Shown piece after piece: positions 12,376 through 23,377 of a DNA stretch of 64,000 nucleotides. Position 1 is the stretch's first letter. Every line of letters begins with the position of its first letter. Where the stretch lies: positions 76,136,001 through 76,200,000 of the forward strand of contig CM060732.1 in the NCBI GenBank assembly GCA_030704615.1. The letters run 5' to 3'. Source of the stretch: Takakia lepidozioides. Its lineage: Eukaryota > Plantae > Bryophyta. The position numbers and the translations under genes were made by a program. The notes under the pieces are model-generated. The model was not told the DNA's origin. It worked only from the letters and a program-made list of their open reading frames with translations, and searched no databases.

Positions 12376-12709
12376 TTACCTCTACGTTGGAAATTCCGGG
12401 ACTGTTTACGTCGATTTTCATCCGACATGGAGGGCTTCATCCGACATTTAATTGCGCAGTTGGGCAATAAATGTCGACCGCCGTCGGTTATTATTCGGGC
12501 TGGCGACGCATGGCTTCTTGGACACGTACCCTAAATCTCATGCTAATCTTGGCTTAACATGGTATTCCAGGCATGTACCCCAAAAAAGGAGATCTTTTTG
12601 GCTGGGACTTATGCCGCCTGAAGGGCGTGGCTCTCCTGAGAGAGACCTCACATCCAGACCGCGGCGGAAGTTGAAAGCTCTGTACTACGGACGACGGCCA
12701 ATCTCTCGC

Positions 12710-15700
12710 ATGGCCAAACTGAAGCTCCAGCAGGAGATTCCAGTGTCTTGCTCACAACCTGCGCCAACTGAAGCCGAGTACTCTCAGGCAAGCCACTTCT
12801 GCTTTCGGTTTGTTCGATTTATTTTTGCTTTCGCTTTGTTACCTCGCTTTGTTTTTGCATCTTCATCCTGGCTTTGCTGTATGAGTGAACTTTAGATAGT
12901 TGAGTGAACCTTAGATTGTTTGCAATGCGTGTGCAAATCCGGCAGCTCTGGAGAAGGCTGCTTGTGCATGTCATTCTTAGGCAATGGTTGTATTTGTTTT
13001 CATTGTTGTTGCATGGCTCTCCATACTTTCTAAACTTGTTATGTTTTCATTTTTGCTACATGATTGTTGCTATGGTGGTTGCGCTGCTCGTTGCGATGCT
13101 GCTTTTTGCACCGATGTTGGTTTTCACGATTTTTGTCAATGACAGAGTGACGACGAGCCCGGCACGCTGGTGGTATCATCGACAGCTCCAACTCATCGCA
13201 TGTTTGAATCGCCCAACTTGGGGCGAGAGGGCAAACTTAAACCTTTTGTTGGTGGACGGGAGGACTTGCAACGAGATCACGACAGAGTAGGCATTGGGGA
13301 GGTTGGTGCAGGCGGCATGGCAGGTGAAGGGCGTGAGGACATGAGGACAGCAGATCCAACAATGGAGGTTGTTCATGCACATGCAGTAGGGCCCGCCCAC
13401 GCAAAGAAAAAGAAGAAAGCTAAGCACATGCAATCCCCGGCGAGAGAGCAGTCACGGGCTGCGGAGGGGGGAGTGAGCAGTGCGCGCGAGGGTATCAGTT
13501 CGCCTCAATCAAAGGTGGTCGTCCTAGAGGGCTCCCCTGCTGCTAGCCCTAGTAAGAAACAGAAAGCCCGTGAGAGGGCAAAAGAGAGGGCAAAAGAACA
13601 GACGAGACAGAATGCTAGCCAGGAGGAAAGACAAAAGGCAGCTGAAGAGGCCAGGGGTGCCCAAATGACAGATGCCAATGTAAGCGAGGGACACACAGAG
13701 ACGGTGGATCCCTCCAAGACACCACAGAGAGGCATTAACACACCGGTTAGACCATCGCGGGCAAGAGCAGCCCCCGCAATTACCCATACGGTGGAGAGTG
13801 GAGGAGAGGAAAGAACACCTGAAAGAGCACGGATTGTGCAAGTTCGAGGTGAAGCCAGGGAGAGGGCAGTAGAGACGACGAGAGTGCTGGAGGTGGTTTC
13901 GCAGGTGGCTGACCCTGTTGAGGAGGACGACATGGAGGTTTCTGACCAGGATGACATCCTCCCGGACATCCCCAGGCCCCAAACCCGGAGCATACAGGCT
14001 GGATTTGGCGGTCCTGGTGGGCTGCCGGAAAACCCCTCTGCAGCAGACGTCATGTCTGAGGCGGATATGAAGTTGGCCACTGCCAAGATGTTGGAGGCAA
14101 CCCACAGCAACATTGGCAGGGTGCTGGGGGGCATGGTGTACCCGGCCAAGCTTCGAATTCCCCTTTGCCGCTTGGTGTCATTGCAGGTGGTGAGACCTGC
14201 CCTCCCAGGCGATATCGACAAGCTGAAATTCTCTTTCCGGGATGGATATCGAATGGGGTCTGCCGCGTTTTACGTTTCCATTGAGAACGACCACGGAGCT
14301 TCCCGTGCCCACACTTCCGATGAGGTGGACAAATGGGGTCCCCATTGGCAAACGCGAAATGAGGAGTTCGAGAGATCGATTGCTAGTGATCCTCTTTTCC
14401 AGCACATGTCCGGTAAGATGTTCTACGTGTGGGACGGCAATCATCGCCTCCTGGCATGGATGGAGCACATTGCCCAAGCCCACCCCAACGATCTCGATTG
14501 GCATTTCGCCGTCGATTGTGTTGTGCTGAAGGTTGCGGGGCCCAAAGATCGCAGTCTTCTCAAAGCTGCAATGGCCGACATCAACTCGTAAGCTACAACC
14601 CCTCTCGCTTTTGGACTTTGAATTTGGAAGTCATTTCATTGCGAATCCTCATATATGATGAAAATTCCCATTTCAGTATTGTTTGATGGAAATGTGGCAC
14701 TGCAGGGTGACTGAGAATGCCTTCATTGCCACCAACTTGTCCCATATGCTCTTCCGAGTGAAGGATGTCGGGAAACAGGGGGTGCAAGAGTTTGCCAATT
14801 CCCTCAGTGCCGACCTCCTGCGCAAGTCGGAGGCAAAGGCAGACAGAACCTGGTACCATGGTGGACTACATATTTCGGGTAAAGCTCCTGACAGTTTTGT
14901 TGAGCTAATCTATCTCTCCTCCCCCAATAGAAGAAATTGTGTTGAGCAGGATCTCTAATCTTATGTGCGCATTCTTGACAGACGAAAATACAGCAGGATT
15001 TGGCACATGCGTGGAGGTTCTACATGGAGTCAGAGGAGAAGAATCCAACCCTCCCGGAACTCGAATCGTATGTCAAAGCTGCGGAGGTGAGGGCCCGCAT
15101 AAAGTACAAGTCGCGGATGGTAAAGTACGTGGCCATAGTTGATCCCGCCCTTGGTGCCGACTTTCTCGTGGAGGTGGGGAAGCACTACTCTCGCGCTCTG
15201 AAGCCCACGATGACATTGGAGAAGCTCCATCGTCTAGCCACATCCTGTGTGGATGCAACAGAAAAGGTGATACATTCTTAACAAAATTGTGGTGGCAACA
15301 ACTCCTTTTTGTGGTGTTTGGCGCTTACGAATATGCTGGGTGGTTGGACAGACCCGGTGGCTCCAAATCTGGAATGGTTCCCAAAGTACCAGGGACATGT
15401 GGAGCTTCCCCAAACCGGACAAACTCTCTGACCCCACATTCGACATGTGGATGAACCGCATGACATGGTGGTTTCAGGTACTTCCCCACGCTTCGTTTGG
15501 GGCTTCTACTCTAGTAGGGGGTGGATTCATTGTATTTTTTGAGGAAAGCGATCTGATGGACAATCTCCACAGGTGACGACGAATGCGCAAGAGCAGCTGG
15601 ACACACAAGCACATCAGTTCAAGATGGAGATATCTCCTGCAGCAGAGAGCCTACGTGACTATGTGACGAGGTACTTTCTGCTCTACAAAACCAACCTATT

Positions 15701-17056
15701 CTTTCGGGAGATAGCAGATGCTCGCCGGAGCCACGAGTTCACCGACCAGCCGAACGCGGACAAAGCAGCAATGCGCCTTCTGTACAGGTACATACGCGCT
15801 GCCTTTCTTTCAAGTCCTGGCATTTCAGGATGTTAGAGGCCTCAAGTGGTGTTAGGGAAAATGGCGCCGAATTTCCAGTCAGGGCTCCGAAAATGGCTAA
15901 GTCCCTAGACTGGCTGGCCCGGAACTGGAAATTCGGCGCCATTTTCCAGTTGTAGGCCCTATTGCCGTTCAGGGACTTAGCCATTTTCGGCCTAAGTCCC
16001 TAGTGTGGCTGGCCCGGAACTGGAAATTCGGCGCCGTTTTCCAGTTCTAGGCCCTATTGCCGTCCAGGGACTTAGCCATTTTCGGGCTAAGTCCCTAGAC
16101 TGGCTGGCCCTGAACTGGAAATTCGGCGCCATTTTCCAGTTCCAGGCCCTATTGCCGTTCAGGGACTTAGCCATTTTCGGGCTAAGTCCCTAGACTGGCT
16201 GGCCCTGAAGTGGAAATTCGGCGCCATATTCCAGTTTTAGGCCCTATTGCCGTTCAGGGACTTAGCCATTTTCGGGCTAAGTCCCTAGACTGGGTGGCCC
16301 TGAACTGGAAATTCGGCGCCATTTTCCAGTTCCAGGCCGTATTGCCGTTCAGGGACTTAGCCATTTTCGGGCTAAGTCCCTAGACTGGGTGGCCCTGAAG
16401 TGGAAATTCGGCGGCGCCATATTCCAGTTGTAGGCCCTATTGCCGTTCAGGGACTTAGCCATTTTCGGACCTCATTGTGTTTTTCATGAATGCAGGTACT
16501 GTAAGTTCTCCCTTTTGGAGAAAGGTCATATGTCTTTCGAGCCACCATTCTTCCTGGCATGGAGGAACCCTGGGGCTGACTCCATGTACACTGACGATAT
16601 TGTGAAGGAGTGGCATCTGGAACATTTGCGTGATTGCCCTTGGTATGTGGACCTTCCGCCCGGCTCACTCGACCCATCCGAGTTTCAATTGAAGCTGGAT
16701 GCTGAATTCCGACGAAACCGGGCTCCGCAGCCTCCGTTGGGTGCAAAAGAGGCAAAAGCGCTTGCGAACTCCAGGAAAGCGGCAGAGCTTGCTCAGGCAG
16801 GAATTCAGGAGAAATTGCATGAGAAGAGTAAAGGTCAAAGGAAAAGGACAAGGAAACAGGTGACTGCATTAACACCCAAAAAGAAGAAAACCATCGGGGC
16901 ATCGGAGGAGGCGCAGGAGGGGACCCAAGAGAGTGACTCCGACGCCGATTTTGTTCAAGGTCCTGCGACTGCTGTTGCTCCTACCCAGTCACCGGTCGTC
17001 CGGGTTCCCAAGTCAGTTCGGAGTGGGACTGGCTCTGCCAAGAAGTTGGCATTTGA
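12710..17056 (+). pseudogene. Transposon accessory gene for a ParB/Sulfiredoxin-fold protein (7 exons, one frameshift, 3' truncated)
   Basis: Phase-consistent exons 12710-12787 (GC donor CAG|GCAAG), 13146-14587, 14706-14878, 14982-15266, 15352-15477, 15573-15787 and 16496-17056. FYVWDGNHRLLAW matches the ParB/Srx GxxRxxA motif, preceded by VVRPALPGDIDKLKFSF. Basic NLS-like runs KKKKKAK and RKRTRK. One frameshift near 14857 (TWY / MVDYIFR). Confidence 0.75.
15855..16468. repeat. Intronic array of six 95-bp self-complementary units with the element motif
   Basis: Units start at 15896, 15991, 16086, 16181, 16276 and 16371. Each reads GCTAAGTCCCT...AACTGGAAATTCGGCGCCATTTTCCAGTT...AGGGACTTAGC. 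All lie inside intron 15788-16495. Confidence 0.95.
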
Positions 17057-19082
17057 GGACCTGATGGTATTGTCAACGAGCTTATCAAGCACGGTGGCGA
17101 TCCCATGATAGAGGCCCTAGTTCTCCTCTTTAACCTTATCTGGAAGACTGAAATGATCCCCTTTCGCTGGCGACAGGGGGTCATTGTCAATCTATACAAG
17201 AAGGGTGACAGAGAAGAACCGGGGAACTACCGTGGCATCACGCTCCTCAATGTTGTTGGCAAGACATTCTGCAGAGTTATAAGTACTCGTCTCGAGGTTG
17301 ATCTGGAGTCTAGAGGTTGTTTCCACGAAGGCCAAGCTGGCTTTCGGCTAAACAGGGGCTGTGTGGATCATATCTTCACTCTAAGCCAGATTATCCAGGG
17401 AAGGAAAAAAGAAGGGAAACCCACTTATGTTTTTTTCCTGGATGTCAAAAAGGCTTATGACACAGTGTGGAGAGATGGCCTATGGTTCCGCCTCTGGTCT
17501 TGTGGGATCAAGGGAAAGATGTGGAGAGTTGTCCACAACTTGTATGCTCACACCAAAAGCTGTGTCACTGTTAACGGACAGAAGTCCAACTTCTTTGACA
17601 TAGACCAAGGTGTAGCTCAAGGATGTACTCTCTCCCCTCTGCTCTTCAATGTTTTCATCAATCAACTCCTCGAGGATGTGGAAAGTGAGGGATTTGGGTT
17701 AAGGGTGGGTAATACCACCATACCAGCCCTTATGTTTGCGGATGACTTTGCAGGCATAGGGGAGACTCCAACCAATCTCCAGGAGTTGATTGATTGCGCG
17801 AAGAGATACTTTGATCTTTGGGGGCTAGAGGCTAATGTCAGCAAATGTGCAGTGGTAGCATTCAACGACAAAGGAGAGGGAGGAAGTGATCTTAAGTGGT
17901 AGTGGGGTAGCCAAGAGATCCCGGTCCTCCCTTCCTACACTTACCTGGGCGTTGAGTTCTCCTCCAATTGTAATTGGGATGCACATATCCGGAAAGTTAT
18001 TCAAACTGGCAAGGGCAAAGCTCTGGGGCTCACTAAATTTTTCCACTGCAGAGGGGTCAACTCTGAGGTTAAGAAAACCATGCTTTGTCGTGTTATTAGA
18101 CCTACCTTGGAGTACGGATCTGCTATATGGGTTGATAACTCCAACCAGGCTAAGTCTCTAGAATCCATTCAAGTGGGGGTGCTTAAGGAGTGTATGTCAG
18201 CATGCTCCAAAACAGCCAATGTGGCTGTTCGGGGTGAGTTTGGCATTCCGTCCTTAAGCTCCCGACGAGATGAATTCAAGGTCAGATGGTGGGGTCAGCT
18301 GCAACATATGCCCAACACCAGATATCCTAATCGACTCTATATCTTGGAAACAGGACCGCCCTGTCAAACAGGCTAAGTCCTGGCAGAAGAGAGTAGAAGA
18401 GATCCTCAAGGACCTGGACCTGGATCCGCAAGTCTTGACCCTACTGGATAAATCTGACTTAGAGGCTGTAGTGTCCTCAGCCATGTCTGTTGCCATGAGA
18501 TTGTCTGATGAAAATGAAGTTAGGCAGAAAACTTCCCTGAACTTGTTTCCAGTCTGTGACATGGGGGAGGACATCTTGGATGACCTCAAGGGTCTACCCA
18601 CTCTCGGCACTAGACTGAAATTTAAACTCAGGGCAGGAAGCCTACCTTTGAACATCAAACTGAAGCAGAGAGGAAAGGGAGAGTGCAATTGCCCGTTGTG
18701 TGGGCAATCTGAAGACAGTATTCATTTTCTGATACACTGTCCGGGGTTCTCTCACCAAAGAGACGCTCTCTTCAAATCTATTAAGGGAATTGTGCCTGTA
18801 CCCCTGTTTACCAACTTTGAAAGTCTCGAGGCTGAGCCAAAAGCCCAGGCCCTCCTGAGGCCTAGTTTTTGGGCAAATCACACACAGCAGATTGATGCTT
18901 GTGTGAAGGGATTTCTAGAGGATATCTGGAAAACCCGGATTAATTCTTTATATGGAGGTAAGTCTTACTACCAATGTCAGCCCCTGACAGAGGTAGGTTA
19001 TGTCCCTTTTGTTCCCGCTCAAATTGGGCGCGGGGTCAATGGCCACAAGGCTACGGCAAACAACGTCTTATGAGTACAATCT
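17057..19082 (+). mobile_element. LINE 3' part: reverse transcriptase and C-terminal CCHC zinc finger (RTEX-like)
   Basis: GPDGIVNELIK from 17057, then NYRGITLL, QAGFR, FLDVKKAYDTV, GVAQGCTLSPLLF, LMFADD, YTYLGV, RPTLEYG and LRAGSLPL...CPLCGQSEDSIHFLIHC. In-frame stop at 17900-17902 and a frameshift near 18345. The 3' end is defined by comparison with the copy at 48618. Confidence 0.92.
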
Positions 19083-19273
19083 CTCCCCAGCACATTTTTA
19101 AAGTCTTGGGACCAATTCAGAGTAGGAGCTAGTGTGTGATCAGTAGGGTTTGGGTGTTTGCTAGAAAAAATTCAGCTGTCATTGTCAGCTTCTAGCAGCA
19201 AGGGCAAGGTCTATGCATTAATGGTGCTGAGTAAGGGATAGCTGAAGGAGAGCAGGGATAGAGTGTGGGCCCA

Positions 19274-20850
19274 GATTCATCCAAGAGGGATGGATATCAG
19301 GCACAATAGTGCCCATGATTCCCTGTGGATTGATAGCTACAAGAAACCTGCATGGGTAGATGGTCAACTGGAAACAGCGGTAGCGGCATATTTGAAATCA
19401 GGTGCTCCACCATGGCCACAGCTTCCAAGGGAGGACCAAGAGAGGGAGTCCACAATACCGCTTTTGGCACTTCTGGGCACGTGAGGATGGTATGTGAGGT
19501 AGGGCAACTGAAAGAGGCTCTACAGATTTTGAAGGGTTTCACCAGATTCAGATACTTATGTCTGTCTCTTGCATAAGTGCATCAAGATGAAAGGCCTAGA
19601 AGCCGGAAAACAGGTGCATGCTCACATTATCCAAAGTGGATTCAAGCCCAACATTTTTCTATGCAACACCCTTGTTAACATGTATGTGAAGTGTGGGAGC
19701 ATTGTGGATGCACACTGAGTGTTCAACAAAATGCTTGAACAAGGTGTGATCACGTGGAATATAATGATGGCTGAACGAGATGTGATCTCGTGGAACGCAA
19801 TGATCACTGGATATGCTCAGCGTGGGTGCGGGATGAAGGCTTTGGAGACCTATGAGCAAATGATTCAGGAAGGGTTGAACCCAGACCAGGTCACATTCGT
19901 TTCCATTTTCAATGTGTGTGCAAGCCTGGAAAAGGGCAAAGAGGTCCATGGTGATATCGTCAAAGCTGGAATTGTACCAGATGTCATTCTAAACAATGCC
20001 CTCATTGACATGTATGCCAAAGGCGGAAGTACTGAAGATGCAAAGGGAGTGTTCGTCAGGATGGCTGAACGAAATGTGGTATCATGGAGTGCTATGATTG
20101 CAGGATATGCACAACATGCGTGTGGGATTGATACTGCCAATGTGACAACAAGAAAGTATCCCGAAACAGGTAACATAGACGAGGAGAAGCTGTGGAATGA
20201 ATACTTTTCTGACCCCAGTCAATGGTGGGACAATCGAGGCAAGAAGATGAATGTCTGTTAGATTACAGAGAGTAGCAGGCGCAATTGAGCATAGGAACTG
20301 TGGAATTTATAGCCTCCATTCTTCTAAGTTTACTTTCTCTACTGTCCAAAAATCAATCAGAAGGTTCATGGATACAGCAGGCAAGGGTACCACCGACAGT
20401 TTGGAGGCTGTGATGGCTGCATATGTGTGGGGAAAAAGAAGCTCCCCCTGGAACAGGAGTGAAGGTTGACAGCATCCGCAGGCAAGTCATGCACCCTTTC
20501 ATGTACCCTCCTCTTCTTCCACAGACTTTAAACCAAGGAGACATTTCAGCAGATTCAAAAACGTATGTTAGAGCAGAAGTTGCGAGATCTGCTGCTGGAC
20601 TTAGGGCGCAAGCAACAGGTGCTTGGCATTCAGGTGTATGCCTCTACCTCAGCCAACAGGAATGTGATACTCTTGGATTTTGGATGCTGTTGCTATCAAC
20701 CATCTATGCTGTAGCTGGTAATTGGGATAATACTGCAAAGGTGAGAAGAATGATGAAGGTTAGAGGAGTTAGAAAGGAGCCAGGTCGCTGTAGAAAAACA
20801 GAAAATGAATTTTCTGTTTGCCACCACAGTGAGAAGCTGGCCATTAGTTT
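19274..20850 (+). pseudogene. PDF-motif PLS-PPR pseudogene with E and DYW remnants
   Basis: IHPRGMDIRH...SLWIDSYKKPAWVDGQLE, then PLS repeats 19550-20130, then EKLWNEYFSDPSQWWDNRGKK (~20185-20250). LLSTIYAVAGNWD..AKVRRMMKVRGVRKEPG is joined directly to CHHSEKLAISF. Confidence 0.85.
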
Positions 20851-21189
20851 TGTGTCTGGAGACGAAAGTAGTGGATCTGCCAACATCCAGTCCAACAGGT
20901 GAAGTCCTGGCAGAACAGGAAGAGGAGATTTCAAGTGCCTGAATATTAGGCAAGAGGAACTGACCCTACTAAAATGAAGTTGACTTGAAAGTTAACTTGG
21001 AAAGTTGATGTGTCCAAGGCCATGTTGGAAGAATGCAGAATGTCCAAACAACAGTTAGGCATAAAACCCTGAACTCATTTCCGGTTTGTAACATGGATGA
21101 GTGAAGGGCAGCCTTGACACTACTGTAATTTTAACTCAGGGTGAGGTTCAACCTCGAAACTTTCAAAGTTAGTAAACAGAGGTACAGGC

Positions 21190-22570
21190 GTATGAGCAAA
21201 TGATGCGTGAAGGGGTGAAGCCCAACCACATCACGTTCGGTTGCATTTGCAATGTGTATGCAAGCCTGGGAGCCCTGGAAAAGGGGAAAGAGGTCCATGA
21301 TGACCTCATCAAAGCTGGAATTGTAGCAGATGTCATTCTGAACACTGCCCTGGTGGACAATATGTATGCCAAATGTGGGTGCATTAAAGATGCAAAGGCA
21401 GTTTTCAACAATATGCAGGCTGAATGACATCTTCAGAGCTGGAATCGTACCAGATGTGATCCTGAACAATACCTTGGTGGACATGTATGCCAAATGTGGG
21501 AGCATTGAGCATGCAAAGGGGAGTGTTCGACCATATGGCTGAACGAAATGTGGTGTCATGGAACATGATGTTGCAGAATATGCACAGCAGGGGCGCAGGA
21601 TGGTGGCTTTTGGAGACGTATGAGCAAATGATGTGCGAAGGAGTGAAGCCTAGAAAAGGGTAAAGAGGTCCATGGTTGCATCGTCAAAAGCTAGAATTGT
21701 ACCAGATGTCATCCTGAACACTGCCCTGGTGGACATGTATGCGATGTGGGTGCATCGAGGATGCAAATGGAGTATGGCTGAACGTGATGTGGTGTCGTGG
21801 AGTGTGATGATTGCAAGATATGCACAACAAGGGTGCGGGATGGAGGCTTTGGAGACCTATGAGCAAATGATGTGCGAAGGGGTGAAAACCAACAACATCA
21901 CGTTTGTTTGTGTTTGCAATGCGTGTGAAAGCCTGGGAGCTCTGGAAAAGGGGAAAGAGGTCCATGGTGACATCGTCAAAGCTTGAATTGTACCAGATGT
22001 CATCCTGAACACTGCCCTGGTGGACATGTATGCCAAATGTGGGTGCATTAAGGATGCGAATGGAGTTAATTTCAGCATTATGGCTGAACGAGATGTGGTG
22101 TCGTGGAACGCGATGCTTGCAGGGGTATGCACAGCAGGGGCGCGGGATGGAGGCTTTGGAGCTCTATTCCAGAGTTTATTGAGCCTGTCACAGGCTGTCA
22201 TTGTCAGCTGCTAGCAGCAAGGCAAGGATGTATGCATGATTTGTGCAGATGCATGGATAGTTGAAGGAGCAGGGATAGAGTGTGGGTCCAGATTCATCCA
22301 AGGGGACCGGACTTCAAGCTCCAGATTACCTATGATTCCCTGTGGATCAATAGCTACAAGTAACCTGCATGGGTAGATGGTCAACTAAAGGCACCTATGT
22401 TTGCATTTGCAGTGCGTGTGCTAGCCTGGCAGCCCTGGAAAAGGGGAAAGAGGCCCATGGTGACATCGTCAAATCTAGAATTGTACCAGATGTCATTCTG
22501 AACACTGCCCAACGCGATGCTTGCAGGGTATGCATAGCAGAGGCGCGAGATGGAGGCTTTGGAGACCTAT
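21190..22570 (+). pseudogene. Scrambled PLS-PPR fragments with an internal PDF exon
   Basis: Repeated ALEKGKEVHGDIVKAG / DMYAKCG / VSWNAML pieces with deletions. IHPRGPDFKLQITYDSLWINSYK*PAWVDGQL at ~22292-22387. Confidence 0.85.
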
Positions 22571-23127
22571 ACAAAGATATGAGTTTGGTGCACTGTGAGA
22601 AATTTGGGCTGGATGTGGACCCACCAGCATCTCCCAATGAGTTTTCTTTTGGTGGTCCAACCGTCTATCTAGCAGACATGTCGGTAGAAGTAGAGCATGA
22701 TGCAGCCACAAGAATTTTCAAGAGGCAGTGGACAACCATGGCTATGGTAGGAGGCAAATGTTATGCTTTTGAGTTTTAGCTACTACTTGTTGGCCAGTAA
22801 TCTAGGGACTTGCTATGCAAGGATTAGGTGTTGACCTAAGGGACCATAATCAATGAAATCTGACTGTACAACAAAGATATTTTCCCTTGCCGTAAATGCA
22901 TAATAGAAAATGTACCTGGAAGCATCATTCGATTAGAGACCCTCTCACAATCAGTTATTTTTTTGGCAGCAACACCTAGTGAAGACGAAAAGCATAGTCC
23001 ATTGATGTTTGATTCAAACTCAGCTATGCCGATTGAGGAATTCCAATAGGAGATGGCCCTTCATAAAAACAGAAAATCCCACATCAGAATGTATAGGCTT
23101 ACAAATATATACAGATCCATTTCCACT

Positions 23128-23377
23128 TTTTCAGTGCTCAAAGACTGGCACAAATGTCTGCAAGCTTTTCAGACAATTGAGCGGTGGCAATAGTACACTT
23201 TTTAGAATTTCCTGAGATTGTGTATCATGAGTGCAAACTTATGGTTCTAGGGTTTTCAGTGCTCAAAGACTGGCACAAATGTCTGCAAGCTTTTCAGACA
23301 ATTGAGCGGTGGCAATAGTACACTTTTTAGAATTTCCTGAGATTGTGTATCATGAGTGCAAACTTATGGTTCTAGGG
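23128..23377. repeat. Perfect 125-bp tandem duplication
   Basis: TTTTCAGTGCTCAAAGACTGG...ATGGTTCTAGGG occurs at 23128-23252 and 23253-23377. Confidence 0.95.

Larger units (their letters stand above)
5682..17056. mobile_element. Mutator-like (MULE) DNA transposon carrying a ParB/Srx-fold accessory gene and palindrome arrays; right end deleted
   Basis: It lies between the endonuclease and RT halves of one LINE. It contains a divergent transposase (-) and accessory (+) gene, and one shared repeat motif in the terminal, intergenic and intronic DNA. The left boundary is approximate; no TIR pair or TSD is visible because the right end is missing. Confidence 0.8.

Noticed and set aside
10241-12534. 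Many overlapping ORFs with MEIRRRISI / GNSAPNFH / WKFGAEFP repeats
   Set aside because: They are translations of the stop-poor palindromic arrays in all six frames, not proteins.
13170-14591. Bacterial or plasmid parB contamination
   Set aside because: The gene has six phase-consistent spliceosomal introns and NLS-like runs, there is no parA, and it is embedded in plant repeats.
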